Shown: positions 13,508-26,121, counted from the whole stretch's first letter. The stretch is 63,966 bases of DNA, filler included, from Reticulomyxa filosa (GCA_000512085.1; 15 parts of 15 records of this genome joined end to end with filler, not necessarily neighbours in it); one strand, 5' to 3'. The notes: a model not told the origin generated them from the sequence alone. Translations and numbers: made by a program.

Positions 13508-14034
13508 ATATTTTATTTATTTTTGAAAATTTTCGAGAAAAAGTTGACAATAGTGACTGTCGTAACATTCATAAATAGGCAATAACACTCCAGTAACATG
13601 ACGTAGAATTTGTTCTGGTACTTTTAACGAACAGCCTTTTATTGGTTTCTTCTTGATAAGTTTTTCAGTCTTGAACGTCAGCTTCCATTTACTAACACAT
13701 TTATGACTTACAAAAAATTTTTTTGCAACTTTGAGAAAACTCCAGCACTGACTCCACAACTCAACGGCACATCCTTTGTTAAAATTCTCAACTACTTTAT
13801 CTATTTTCAAACAAAAAATAATTTAAAAATTCAAATATCGAACTATACTGAGCTAAAAAAAAAAGGACAAAATATTGAAATATTATTAAAGATCCAATAA
13901 AAAATAAAAATGATATTTAAAAACTACACGATTTGTAGACATTTTAAAAAATTATGTTGTTTTTTCACGCAGAAAATCAATAATCTATATAATGTGCCGT
14001 TTCATGTGTCAACTTTACTTTGCATTCTACTATA
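13508..14034 (-). mobile_element. Left end of a Tc1-like element with decayed transposase N-terminal HTH
   Basis: A degenerate TIR (minus strand TATAGTAGAATGCAAAGTAAA) and the family subterminal block (13915-13985) precede an ORF reading CAVELWSQCWSFLKVAKKFFVSHKCVSKWKLTFK...PIKGCSLK, resembling the Tc1 HTH and GRPRK linker. Confidence 0.65.
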
Positions 14035-15133
14035 GTTAAGAATAAATACTGTTGATAATAGTTGCTTTATACTGTCAGTCTTTTAATATCTATGGTCAAA
14101 ACAATTTTTAACATATACATATATTTGCAAAAGGCATATTTTATACCATAAAGTATTCTTTTGTTATAGCGAATTTTTTAAAAAAGTGTTTCTTATGTGC
14201 ATTTCTTCAGAAACAGACAAAAACATTTTCGTTTTAAATATTTAAATTCAATGAAACTGTTTGTGTTCTGTTCGTTTGATGACTTAATACTTTCTGTCAT
14301 CACAGGGTGCTTAAATAGTTTGTTTTGTGAAATATTAGTATTTTAACAAAATCATAAACGATAAATTTCCTAAATATGTTTTTGTTATAATCGATAACAA
14401 TCTATTTTGAGTAAAACTATTATAAACTAAACTTATTAATAACAAAAATAAATGTCCATCAATAAAACTAGTTTATTTAAAAAACGTATTTATTATTATA
14501 TACGCAAAATAAGTTTTCAAAATAGTACGTTTTGCATACTTGTTTTCTTTAATATTAATTTGACCACATTAAAGCTATTTCAAAGATAACTTCAGAACAT
14601 TACTATTTTAATATTGCTAATCGAATTTTTCATTTTGTAATAAAAAGATCATAGTTGACTAATGCCATCAAATACAGCTTACAATGTTATATTTTATGTT
14701 ACAAATGTTAACGTATTGTCAAAATTAATTTTTTGTCTGATTATTACCTTTTTTAATCAACTGATATTGTGAAAAGACCATCTTGACTGGTTTGTGAAAA
14801 AATTTTACTCCCAAAGCAGCTGTATAAATCCCTGAATCAAATGTTGAACAAAAATTGCAAAAACCGTATCAGCCTTCAAGTTTGGAGTGGTTTTGAAAAA
14901 GTTTTATAAAACAACATACACAGAATGACAGTTAGTGGGTATTCTAAAAATGGGATTAATGACTGGAATTAAAAAAAAAGTAATAAAAAACGCCGCCCTG
15001 CAAAGATGAAGCTGCGATTTCAACAAACAATCACACAATTTTTGTCTTAAATTATAAAATTTTCAAAGAACCACAACATCCAAGAAAGGAGGAAGAAAAA
15101 AAAAATAGTTGGGAGTGCAGACAAGTATCGTAA

Positions 15134-16820
15134 TTACTCATCTTCTCCACCAATCCATTTGTCATCACTGATCTGATTTCTGTGTTGTATTCTTTCATTG
15201 ATATTTCGAAAGCAAAGATATAATCCGATCACCATGGCAAACACGCAGATGACCGATTTCCACGTGAAAGAGGGTATTGAGATGGAGAACTCGGATTCGG
15301 ATAGGTCGACCAGCTGTTGAATAGGAGACAAATAAAATAATAAGAAGGCCAAAATGTGTGCAGAGCTGATAAGATGTTGAGTGGTGCCAGTGTCCATGGA
15401 TTCCTCCACAAATTTGTGAACGAAAAAGCGGTTGCAAGTCATAGCAAACAGAAACAAGATAAGCAAAAGGATGGGATGTCCAACCCCGGCCATCACCGAG
15501 GGGCAAGCATCCTTAACCGGTGCATCAGTGTATGAATCCTTATTCAAAAGGATGCACTTCCATCCATTGGCAAAGTTGGAAGCTATATCGGAATAAGAAT
15601 GGCAATGCATGTCGAAAGTATGCGGTTGATTCGTATATTGGATTTTGAAGGCAATAGGAGCGCATAGCCAGAGCAATGGCATGGTAAGGAGAGATAGAAT
15701 GAGGTTGAAAGATAAAGAATCGACGCGATGCTTACTCAGCAAACTGCGTTTCAGGACATCACTGCATGACAAAGGCAAGCCTCCTACAAGCATCAGAATC
15801 ACATTGGCCAAAAACTGAGAGCTGTAATCATTGCTATGACGCAAATACGAACTGTTTTCCATGTAAATCAGTACAAACAACGCCAAAGCGATGAACACAC
15901 AGCCAAGGCCGTTGAGCCATCGCACCGGCATTTTCACCACCATGCCCGTGTCGCCGCTTTCGCACGCCAGACATGTGTTTATCGCCACCAAATAGCAAAT
16001 GCTAACCAAAGGGATCAAACAACCGACCGTGCCAGGAAGCGTGCCGATTGGAATGAACACCAGCAACATATGCGCCGTATCCAGTACTGCTATCACCACA
16101 TAAGTGCGCCATCTCGTCTCCTGCATCTTCACCGCTACGTATGTCTTCCATCGCATCGCGTAACGTATGCAAATACACGTCTGCTCGCTGTGCGTCTCCT
16201 TATCGCTGCCCTGGCTGTTCTGACTGTGCTCACTGTCTGTGAGGCTGTCAAATTGGCTGTCTGTTATGTCGTTCCAGTTTGTGTCGGAGTTATTCAACGA
16301 GTTGTACGAATGATATGTATTACCTCGTTGGTTGCTCTGTGCTGGCATCACTTTCAACTGCTATTTAAATACATACATTTTTTTTTGTGTGTATATGTAT
16401 ACATGTATATGTATACATGTATATGTATATAATGTATATGCATATACATATATGTGTATATGTATATGTATATGTATATGTATGTTTATGTTTATGCTTA
16501 TGTATGGGGGGGGGAAAGAGAAAGAATAACAATAATAAAAACACTTTTTTTTGACCCGCTTGCTTCGTCGTCTTTTGATCTCGAATTCTCTCACGATCAA
16601 CAAAAGCGTGTATGCTAATGTTGTTAATGCATTTATGATCAACAATAGAAACCAACGGTAGTTGTACAAACTTGTTGTCAACGCCTTCCGAAATATTATC
16701 TCACTGCTTAACGAAAGGATAATTATCACACACAAACTTAAACCCCTCCGGTTATTCCCAAGAAACCGTAAATATTTATGCATCAAATACGAAGATCGGC
16801 AACACATTCGCTGTTTCATA
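15134..16820 (-). CDS. CRT-like (chloroquine-resistance transporter family, DMT superfamily) transporter, 2 exons
   Basis: About 10 hydrophobic segments. Motifs IIFRKALTTSLYNYRWFL, YVVIAVLD...GTLPG, LPLSCSDVLKR and FANGWKCIL...DACP align by eye with PfCRT/plant CLT features. Microsatellite-rich intron at ~16370-16553. Confidence 0.7.
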
Positions 16821-17305
16821 GTTTTTTTAAGAAAGGGAGGGCCAGGGAAAAGAGAAAAAAAAAGAAAAACACGATCCAATCACTCCAAATCAGTCAACAA
16901 GTTTAAAACAATATGCAATACATTGCTCACAATAGAAGCACAGATGTCCGAGCGAAGGAGAGATGTTGATTCTACAGGTTCAGAAAATACTTGCATTAGA
17001 AATCATCCAAAGGAAGGATCATCTTCACTTGTGCAGAACTTTTTGTAGGAAAAAAGTACCACCTATCCCTTTTGGAATCGCTGAGTATTAAGTCTCCAAA
17101 AAAATGTGACAATATTCTTGATTTGTTACTGAATCTCAAGTAATGACTTTTTACACTAAAATTTGTACAAGAGATATTAAACACGTTTAACTTTGATCAA
17201 CTTTGACGATGAATATTAGTCTTACAGATCATAGAAGTGAAAGTGTACTGGAATTATCACAGCAAATGATGCAAAACAAATGAACTAAAAGAAACTGTTA
17301 GTCCC

Positions 17306-18179
17306 TTAAAACTCCCAATTGTCATTTCCAAACAAGTCATCATCATTTTGTGTAGCAGGCTCTTTTTGTGTGGTGGACTCTTTTGGTTCCGGGGTTGTTT
17401 TTTTCTTCTCTTTTTCTTGGTTTGTCCACTTTTGGTGTCTGTCTTCGGTGGAGCCAAGTCCAGCAATCCATCTTCTGTGGATGAGGTGGTTTGCTCGTCT
17501 GTGGCACCTTTTTTGCGAGGATTTTTGAATGGTTTTATTTCCAATTGCTCGCTTCCAGACAGCGCAAATTCTTTGGTTTCTTTCACTTCTTCAAACTCTT
17601 TGCTTCGTTTTTTGGCTTCTCTTGACTTGGCAACATACCCTCTTGATACAAAAACATTATCATGTCAATCACAAAATTGAGACAACAAATAATGAGGTCT
17701 AAGATCAAGCGTGAAACATACCTAATTTCACTGACTTCCATTGCAAAATTTTTGCCGTCGTCGCGACCGTCGAAAAATATGCCCATTGTGGCATATTTGT
17801 TTTCGGTGTTAGGGACAGGCACGTTCAATACAAAGTATCGGCTACTATCCACACATGACTCAATCGTATCAATTTTTTTTGGGTCTTCGTTCACTTGAAA
17901 ACGCAAAAATATTTCATCTGGCTTATTTCTCAATGAAAATTGAAGAATAGCACCTTGGCGGGAAGATATCACTTTCAGAGAACACGCTGTATATTGACCG
18001 TATTCTTTGGGCCAGTCTTCGGCCATAAAACCTCCCGCTTTTGTTTTTGGTGGTACTTTGTTGTTAAGATATACCGACCCAAACTGTTTTGAGACATATT
18101 CTACTCCAGCATCATCTTCTTCGTCATCCATTTGACCTTCGACACCTTCATTTTCCACACTTTCGGTAATGTCTGCCAT
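17306..18179 (-). CDS. NECAP: NECAP-like adaptin ear-binding coat-associated protein (PHear domain), 2 exons, homopolymer frameshift near 17400
   Basis: GFMAEDW, IESCVDSSRYFVL and MGIFFDGRDD..F are NECAP hallmarks. The corrected frame ends DDDLFGNDNWEF*, resembling the acidic C-terminal W..F motif. Confidence 0.85.
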
Positions 18180-18404
18180 AATCAATTCTAAGTTCTATTA
18201 ACTCTTACTATCAAATTACAGCCCCTGGTTTTCAGTACTCAAGACACAAGGTTTTGGGTGAATTTGTGTAAGATATAAAGCCATATTAAATTGGATGTAT
18301 AAATAAATAGTATACAGTATTGTTTATATCATAAAAATTGAAAAAATTTTGGAAAAAACAAACACCGTCCAATAGTCTAGCTAATGTTAACAATAATTCA
18401 ACTA

Positions 18405-18594
18405 CAGTAGGTTGCAAAGAAAACTGAACGCCTAAAACGATATCATATGATGATAATTGATTTTCTCCATGAAAAATCAACATTTAGACCTAATTTTTTT
18501 TTTATTTTAAAAAAAATATCTACAAATCTTGTAGTTTTTAAATATGAAATTGGTGATTTCATCCAACAAAAAAAAAAGTTATTAAAAAACCAAT
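18405..18594 (+). mobile_element. Left end of a Tc1/MITE family element (cut by contig end)
   Basis: TA|CAGTAGGTTGCAAAGAAAA followed by the subterminal block GATTTTCTCCATGAAAAAT...ATCTACAAATCTTGTAGTTTTTAAATAT. Confidence 0.85.
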
Positions 18595-18694
18595 NNNNNN
18601 NNNNNNNNNNNNNNNNNNNNNNNNNNNNNNNNNNNNNNTTAATTAATTAANNNNNNNNNNNNNNNNNNNNNNNNNNNNNNNNNNNNNNNNNNNN

Positions 18695-19480
18695 CTGGTG
18701 TAACATTGATGGATGCTTTGGAGAAAACAGTCAGTCAATCAAAAAGATCAACAAAGAAACCATTCTGTATGCCAGTCAGTGGTGTTTATAACATTAGAGG
18801 AGTGTGTGTGATGTGGTTACTGGACGTATTGAATAAGGGACAATTACCCCTGGTGTCCCTGTTCATTTTTATCCAACGAACGCAACTGGCAAAGCATTTT
18901 CCATTGACTTGCGCCGCAAAACAGTCGACAAAGCCGAAGCTGGTGACAGCGTCGGTATATACGTGAAAGACTTGAAAAAGGAAAATATGCCACACATTGG
19001 TGATATAATGTGCATTGATGACCCTGTTGTAGATCCTAACCCACCAAAACAAGCAACCAAATTTACTGCTTTGGTATTTGTTCAAAGGCCATCCAGATGC
19101 AACTAATGACGGAAAAGGCAACTATAAAAGAGGATTTATCCCATTGATTTATATCCAAACTGCTAACGCTCCTTGTCAAATGTTGGAAATCAAATGGAAA
19201 ATGGAAAAAGCAACAAACAATGCAAAAGTTGAGGACGCTACTTTCATTGAGGTCGGTGACCAAGCTGAAGTCGTATTTGCTCCAAAAATGCCATTAGTCG
19301 TGACCTCATTTGATGAGTGCAAATCATTAGGTATGTCTAAAAATAAAAATAAAAATTCATATGATAATAATAATGACTTTATTGTATTTTATTATCATTA
19401 TTATTATAGGACGAATGGCTGCAATGAATGCGAACTCGTTGATTATGTTAGGAAAAGTTGCATCAGTAGAATACAATTGA
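18695..19480 (+). pseudogene. EFL: Elongation factor-like (EFL) GTPase, domains II-III, disrupted
   Basis: KPFCMPVSGVYNIRGV/DVVTGRIE*G...WKMEKAT...AEVVFAPKMPLVVTSFDECKSLG|RMAAMNANSLIMLGKV fits EFL rather than EF-1alpha. Frameshift in a GT run (~18805), in-frame TAA at 18834-18836, frameshift at ~19086. Intron at 19331-19409. Confidence 0.8.
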
Positions 19481-20237
19481 GAGAACAAAATAGTTGACAC
19501 AAAAACTTTTAAATGAATGAATAATCATTTTGTTTTAATAATTCCATATTATTTTTTAATAAAAACATTTTTATTTTATTTTTTTTATCGTGCAATATTA
19601 CTATCACGTTATATAAGCAGCAAATCAAAAAATTGACATTGTACATCTACACACAAACACAGTATTTGAATCTTTCAGACGCAACAAATTTGGTTCTTTT
19701 TTAAATAGCTCGTGCATGTTTTCACTAAATAAAATGCGTCTTCCAATCGAAGTCGATCTTCATTGTTTAAATGCTTTCCTAAACACTCCAAATCTATCGT
19801 TCCATCCGCTCGAAACAATTCGTTGTGTGCCAACGGGAAACGCGGCGCATTATTCGGTCTTCCACTTCATCATCATCCATTTCCTTTTATTTGCATAATA
19901 TTTCAATCTTGCTATTTCAACTTCGATTGCAATATAAATGGAACTCCCCCCCCCAAAATTAGCACATATTCTAAGAGAGATCAATTTAATATTAAGAAAT
20001 TGCTTGGCTTTAGACTATTATTATTATTGGTAATTGTGGTTAATGCTTGAAAAATATTGAACGTTTTCTTAATGATATGTATTTCTTGCTTCCTCATATA
20101 TCTTATTAAAAGGGCACAAAAATACCTTTTTTTTCTTACATGACAAAAATTCCAAAAAATAAATCAAACAACAATCCAATGTATAAATTGAATAAATTAA
20201 AAAATGAAAATCAAAACAAAACTTCATTCAAACATAT

Positions 20238-20438
20238 TCATCCCCAAACACAAATTGAACCTTCACATGAGCCATAATATAAATGAACACCACAATCATT
20301 TTTTAATGTTTGTTCATTCACTTTCTTTTCTAATAATACAAATTTAAGACAAATTATTCCATCATCTTCGTTATTACCTCTTTTGATCACATACAATTCT
20401 TCCTTGTTTGATCGAATATCCCAAAAACGAATTGTATT
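20238..20438 (-). CDS. C-terminal end of a WD40-repeat protein
   Basis: NTIRFWDIRSNKEELYVIK...DDGIICLKF...LYYGSCEGSICVWG*, the stereotyped tail of the expanded R. filosa-type WD40 family. Confidence 0.85.
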   Translation of the reverse strand, partial: NTIRFWDIRSNKEELYVIKRGNNEDDGIICLKFVLLEKKVNEQTLKNDCGVHLYYGSCEGSICVWG

Positions 20439-20538
20439 NNNNNNNNNNNNNNNNNNNNNNNNNNNNNNNNNNNNNNNNNNNNTTAATTAATTAANNNNNN
20501 NNNNNNNNNNNNNNNNNNNNNNNNNNNNNNNNNNNNNN

Positions 20539-20990
20539 CGTTTTGAATATATCTTTAAAGGTGTGCAAATGGAAATAGACAAACTGTTGCTGTTAACATT
20601 GATATTTGTGCTGAAGTGAATCTCCAGCAAAAATAGTAATTGTAATTGCAATGGTATGCATCGATTATGGATCATCATAATGTACTTTGAATAACGTATA
20701 ATTTGGGAAAAAAAAAAATTGGCGGTCCATATACGTACAGATGTGCTCATGATTGATTGGAGATGGTGAGCTGCGCAACATATGTTTCCAAGTTATAATT
20801 TTTTTTTATAATGTGATCAAAAAACACTTGAAACACGTATGATCAATACACATGTACATAACATAGGGCTTCAAAGAATCCAATCACTGTCTGCCGAGCA
20901 ATTGAAAGTGGTTGTGGTTACGGTGCAAAGTTCAAACAACGCCAAGTGGTGGCATATTCGATTACAAGTATTGATACTTGCTTCAAATTT
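20539..20990 (+). repeat. Dispersed repeat/degenerate gene family, copy 2
   Basis: FEYIFKGVQMEIDKLLLL..*ISSKNS matches FEQVFKGMKMD..MDKLLL..VSSNSS of copy 1, plus shared nucleotide blocks. Confidence 0.75.
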
Positions 20991-21495
20991 TTCGTTCAAA
21001 AAATTTCTCTCTTTTTGGAATGTAGTTTGTATTTTTGGAATGATAGTCTTAACATTTCTCTTTCCATTCAATTAAATTTCTCAAAAAATTTCTGAATTTA
21101 AATATTTGAGTTTTTGATGATAAGCTATCGATGCAATTGTACAACAACCAACCACGAGCAATTTTTCCAAGGGCCAAAAAGACAATCAATATTGCAAGAC
21201 TAGTTGATCTTTCATAAATTGTTAAAAATATTGAAAATGTCTGATCTATTAATTTTCAAATAAAATTTCAAAAAGCTTAAATATATTTTATCAGAAATTA
21301 CAAGTTAAACTTTGTTTGGACGAAAAAACATTGGTGGCCACTTTTTAGTTACACTTTTCCAAAGAAATGCCATCAGACTAAAAGAACACTGATTAAAACT
21401 GGAGTCATTGTTGGCAGCCCTTCACTAATTTTTCGTTCTCCTTGATGCAAGAACCCCAAAATTAAATTTTTTTTTTGACCAATACGGCGTCTGGA

Positions 21496-21740
21496 TTACA
21501 CGTTTTCCACTTTGGACATCAGGGGTTTATAAGGGAACAATTTCCAAAGGAAATAGAAACAGGCCCCACTTATATAGCCGCCAAGATGTGCAACATGAGC
21601 AATTCTGTCAGGTGTGTCTTGCAATACATGATCCATTTTATTTTTACGGTCCAAATCTCGCATGGCCGCGATCACCTCAAACTGTAGCCTTTTGTAATCC
21701 GTATACAACGCAAACATGTCCAAAAAGCACGCGGCAAAGA
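21496..21740 (-). CDS. Rhomboid-family intramembrane protease, C-terminal fragment
   Basis: IAHVAHLGGYISGACFYFLW contains the AHLGG catalytic-His helix. Confidence 0.75.
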
Positions 21741-22335
21741 NNNNNNNNNNNNNNNNNNNNNNNNNNNNNNNNNNNNNNNNNNNNTTAATTAATTAANNNN
21801 NNNNNNNNNNNNNNNNNNNNNNNNNNNNNNNNNNNNNNNNGCGTCATAATCATCCGGCCAAAAATGAAAAACAAATTCGGTTGCACTCTGATAGCAATCG
21901 TATGAAAATTTTTCGTTTGCTTGAATACGTTCTAAAGCGTCTAGCCCGTTTGCTTCCTCCATTTTGTACTGTTTACATTTTTTAATTAGGTTAATTTGGA
22001 ATATTTAGCCACAAATAATTAGGCACATTCTTCGTAGCAATCAAAGTTAAAAGCACTCCAAACTAAAAAAATATAAGAGTTTCTATTATTATAATTCCCA
22101 TATTTAAAATAAAAATTCTGTATTTAGTTACCTTATTTAAGCAAAAGAAGATAAAAGCATATTATATTTACTTCTTAAAGTACTCATTCGAACGAACAAA
22201 TAAATGATATCACTTGTAACTGATAAGGTCGTGAACACACCAAAAAAGAGTCTCAAAAAGGGACTAAAACGCAGTAGGTCTAAAAAATCAAAAAGAACTC
22301 TCCAAAACAAAAAAAGCAAAAGCTAACATTCCAAA

Positions 22336-23488
22336 ATGTCTGTGACTTGGAATTATAAAGGAAAATTAGCTTTGGTGACTGGGAGCACAAAAGGTATTGG
22401 CAGAGCAATACTGGAAATCTACTTGGAAGCAGGGGCCAACGTGATTGTCCACTCGAGAAAACAAAAAGAAATTGATGAATGCGTCGCAGAACTGAAGAAA
22501 AAGTATGCAGCTAAATCAGGAACCGATGAAACGGAACAAAAAAGCGAAAAAGAAAAATCTCACAGTAATATTTATGGATTTGCAGCTGATTTGACAAAAC
22601 CAGCCGACGTAAGCCAAATAGTTGCTTTCATTGAAAAAATTGGACACCTGGACATATTAATTAATAACGTTAAAAATTAAATGCGAAAAGTAGTTTTGAA
22701 GAAAGAGGGGAGGAGGGGAAGGAGGGAAAAAAAAAATTGTTTTGAACACTTGTTCCCTTTTTCACCTTTTTGTAGGCTGGAGCATTTTATGTGAAAGAAT
22801 TTTTTGAGTTGACGGACGAAGATTGGTTCAATTTATTCGATGCGAATGTTATGTCAGGGGTTCGATTAACGCGACACTTTTTGAAAAAAATGCTGGAAAA
22901 AGATGAGACAACAAAGAAGTGTAAAGGTGGCAATGTTATATTTGTATCTTCCGAGGCAGGTTTACGTGGATTGCCGCAATTTGTCCATTACACATCCACG
23001 AAAGCAGCACAATTAAATATCACTCGAGCTTTGGCAGAATTGACGAGAGGAGTTGAAAATGTTCGCGTCAATGCTTTATTGCCAGGACCTACTTGGACTC
23101 CAGGAGTCGAAGACTGTTTAGTGCGACACAAATTTTCTTTCCCCCTTTTTTTTTTTTGCTGGTGGTCTTTAAGAATGTTTAAAAAAAAAAAAGATATAAT
23201 AAGAACGCAATCATATACTTCAATTATATATATGAAGCTGATTATTTCACTTTTGTTTTCTTTTTTCCTCCCCTTGCAGACATGAAAGGCATGGCAAAAC
23301 GCGAGAATATATCAGTTGAAGATGCAGTCAGCAACTACTTCAAACACTACGAGCCGAACTCTCTGAAACAAAAATTTTTAACAGCAGAAGAAGTCGCTCA
23401 AGCTTGTGCGTTTTTGACCAGTGACGCTGCAACTTCAATTAATGGCTCCTCTCAAAAAGCAGAAGGTGGAATTGTCTATCATATCTGA
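22336..23488 (+). CDS. Classical short-chain dehydrogenase/reductase; exons 22336-22668, 22776-23115, 23280-23488
   Basis: TGSTKGIG Rossmann motif, splice-reconstituted NNAG, YTSTK active site and VRVNALLPG. Both introns are GT-AG and in phase. Confidence 0.92.
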
Positions 23489-24473
23489 AAAAGGAACTAA
23501 ACAAATTTTTTCACTAGTAATATTTTAAAGTGCATTATTTGTTTTCATTAATTTCTTTTTTAATTTTTTTCACCTACAAATTTTGAATTGCAGTGGATAT
23601 GTTCTTGTGAAATTGAATTATGTAATTAATGTTTATCTTTTCAATTTCAATCCCATTCAAAGTAATGCACATTAAGAAAATCAATGACTCGATTCAAATT
23701 CTTTTCTGTTATGTTTTCTTCGGTTCATCATCACTTTCAATGTAATACCCATTTATGTTAATAATGAATGATAATTGCAAAAAAAAGAATATTTAATAAG
23801 TCAAAGACATTATCACTGCACTTTGTGTTGTATAATTGTGCTTGTGTATTGGTTTATGTGTTTTTATCGTTATATTCTTTTGTCGAAAAGCCAAACTATC
23901 TCCAGGTAGAGATAAATATCACTTGATCTATAGATTGTGATAATACAAGGAATCTATATTATTTGTTTTTATTTTCTTAAAAAATCAAAAGTGACAATAT
24001 TTTCGTGCTTTACTTGTCACTTCCTTCGCGTTATTGCTTCCGTTGTTTTTAAATTATATTTTGGTTATATTGGTGGCTATAGTCGCGTTCAGATTTCTTT
24101 GCATTGGAGATATTTGTTATCACACTGAAAGTATTTGCTTTTACCACGTTTTATTTATGTTGCAGTTGATGATACAAGAGTGAAAAGGAATGAACTAGCA
24201 GTAAGTACAGCAGAGATATTCTAAATAACAGAAAAAAATCGAAAAGAAAAAGATCTGCAAAACGTTGAACCAAGAAACATTTTTTTTTACGAAGAACCGA
24301 AAATCGATGATAGAAAGAAAAGCTTACACAAAAAAAAAAATACACTTTATAAAAAATCATCAAGTCAGCAAAAAATTCCTACATGAGAATAGGATAGAAC
24401 AAAACGAATAAAACATGTAGTCGCTCCATGGTGTAAACAATCAATTGATGGTCGGAATGGATCTCTTTACAAT

Positions 24474-25534
24474 TTACATGGCATTATTCAGGCGTTTTTG
24501 TTCTTGTGCTTGGGCCCACTTAAGAAAAGCCTATACTCGACAGCATCACACAAGATGGTCTTACTCGATTTCCGCACAATGTAAAATAGTATGAGATGAA
24601 AACAAAAAAAAAAAAGAAGAAACAGACTTTTGTTCGCTGAAATCTGGAAAAGGGATCTTTCAAATTATCCAAGACATCCCTAGCGCTCCGGTCAATAGTG
24701 TCAAGCATTTGATGGACGAGCGTCAAGGGAAGAGACTCCGTGTCGACATGTTTTCCTTTGACAAAGTAATCAAAAGCAATTCTTTGAGCAGGTTTAATGG
24801 CATGCTGAACATCCTCAAACTTGTTGGCCGTGGTAGCGGGAGCAGTCTGTCCCATGAAATAAACACTTACACTTCGTAGTGTCTGTAGCGTTGACATTTT
24901 GGACTCACTAAGTTTGGCAATCGCATCAACATCGGCATTTGCATTACCGTTCGCATTCGAATCCGTTTCGAATGCACCAGCGGTGGTAGCGGGGATTACA
25001 TTCGTAACAGTAGTTGCAGTAGTAGCAGCAGTAGTAGTAGTAGTCATTGCTGTCGTTGCTGTTGTTGTTGTCGTCGTCGTCGTTGTCATCGTAGCAGTCG
25101 TAGTAGGAAGAGTAGGAATAATCTCAGTAGGAAGAGGAGGAGGAGGAGGTGAAGAAACAACTTCGGAAAAAGTAGTCGTGTGAGGAATTATGGTCACATC
25201 GAGATCTTTATCCTTATTAAGAATGGATTGACTTGGTTGAGGCTGATGACCGTATTTAACTTGGATGTCATCATCTGCATTCCAATGGGTGTCGGGCCCC
25301 TCGTCGTCCTCCAAAATTTTGGCCATTGGATTCCCAGGATGTGGCGGGGACAATAGGTCTTGAGCAGGCAGCAGCTTTTGGCGTTGGTTCGGACTGTTGT
25401 CAATGGGATGGAGGATGTCCCCGCGTAAAAGATGCCAATCATTGATAATTGTTCTTCCGTCGTCACGCGTAACAACGGCGGCGAATAACTTTTTTGGCGT
25501 TCAAGCATTTCTTCGTCTTGTGCATTACCATAAT

Positions 25535-25577
<43 letters not shown>

Positions 25578-26121
25578 GAGATTATCATGCATTAGATGCT
25601 TTGGGGTCAGTTCTAACAATTCTTTTTCATCAAATGGACTCAAATGCTTCTGCAGTTTGGGGGACGCTTGGATGATTACTGACTGTCCCAAGAGTCCACT
25701 CATATTTACTCGCAGACTTTCTTTGCCGGCCTGCTTTGAGTCCAAAGGATTCGTCTTGTCTTTTTCAATTGCATTTTCAATGTGCTCCTCCACCGTTTTT
25801 ATCGTCAGCGGTTCCACGGGGTCCCTTTCCATGTCTAGTTCAATCCCCAACACGAGACATAGTTTTTCATATACCTCCTCACACCGTCTGCGAGTATCCG
25901 ACGAAATGTTGATTTCCAGTTTCGCATGCGCTCCAGTAAAGCGTCCATCGTCCACGTATAACTCGAACAACGCCAGATACCGCGTCGCCACACTTGGGTA
26001 TTGTAGTATTATTCGAGACGTGGGAATGTCATCAGGCAGTGAGTCTAGGTTCACAGTACTGCTGGGTTTCAACATGCTTTTTTTTTTTTTTTTTTTTTTA
26101 ATTTCCCCTTTTTTTTTTTTT
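24474..26121 (-). CDS. RGS-domain protein with long low-complexity insertion (5' truncated; frameshift near 25492)
   Basis: LFELYV...LEINISSDTR and LDTIDRSARDVLDNLKDPFSRF are RGS signature segments, separated by poly-N, poly-T and poly-P tracts. Short last exon WAQAQEQKRLNNAM*. Confidence 0.75.

Noticed and set aside
14920-14970. Possible SECIS-like hairpin (ATGA...AAA...GA)
   Set aside because: Stem spacing is wrong, pairing is weak and no in-frame TGA selenoprotein lies upstream on that strand.
18834-18836. TAA reassigned to Gln (ciliate-like code)
   Set aside because: eIF6, DHCR7, Tctex-1, NECAP and the permease all end in TAA at expected positions, and the EFL copy has other lesions.
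24899-25183. Val/Ala-rich ORF and many similar antisense or alternate-frame ORFs in the track
   Set aside because: These are shadows of low-complexity coding sequence or intron microsatellites on the opposite strand.
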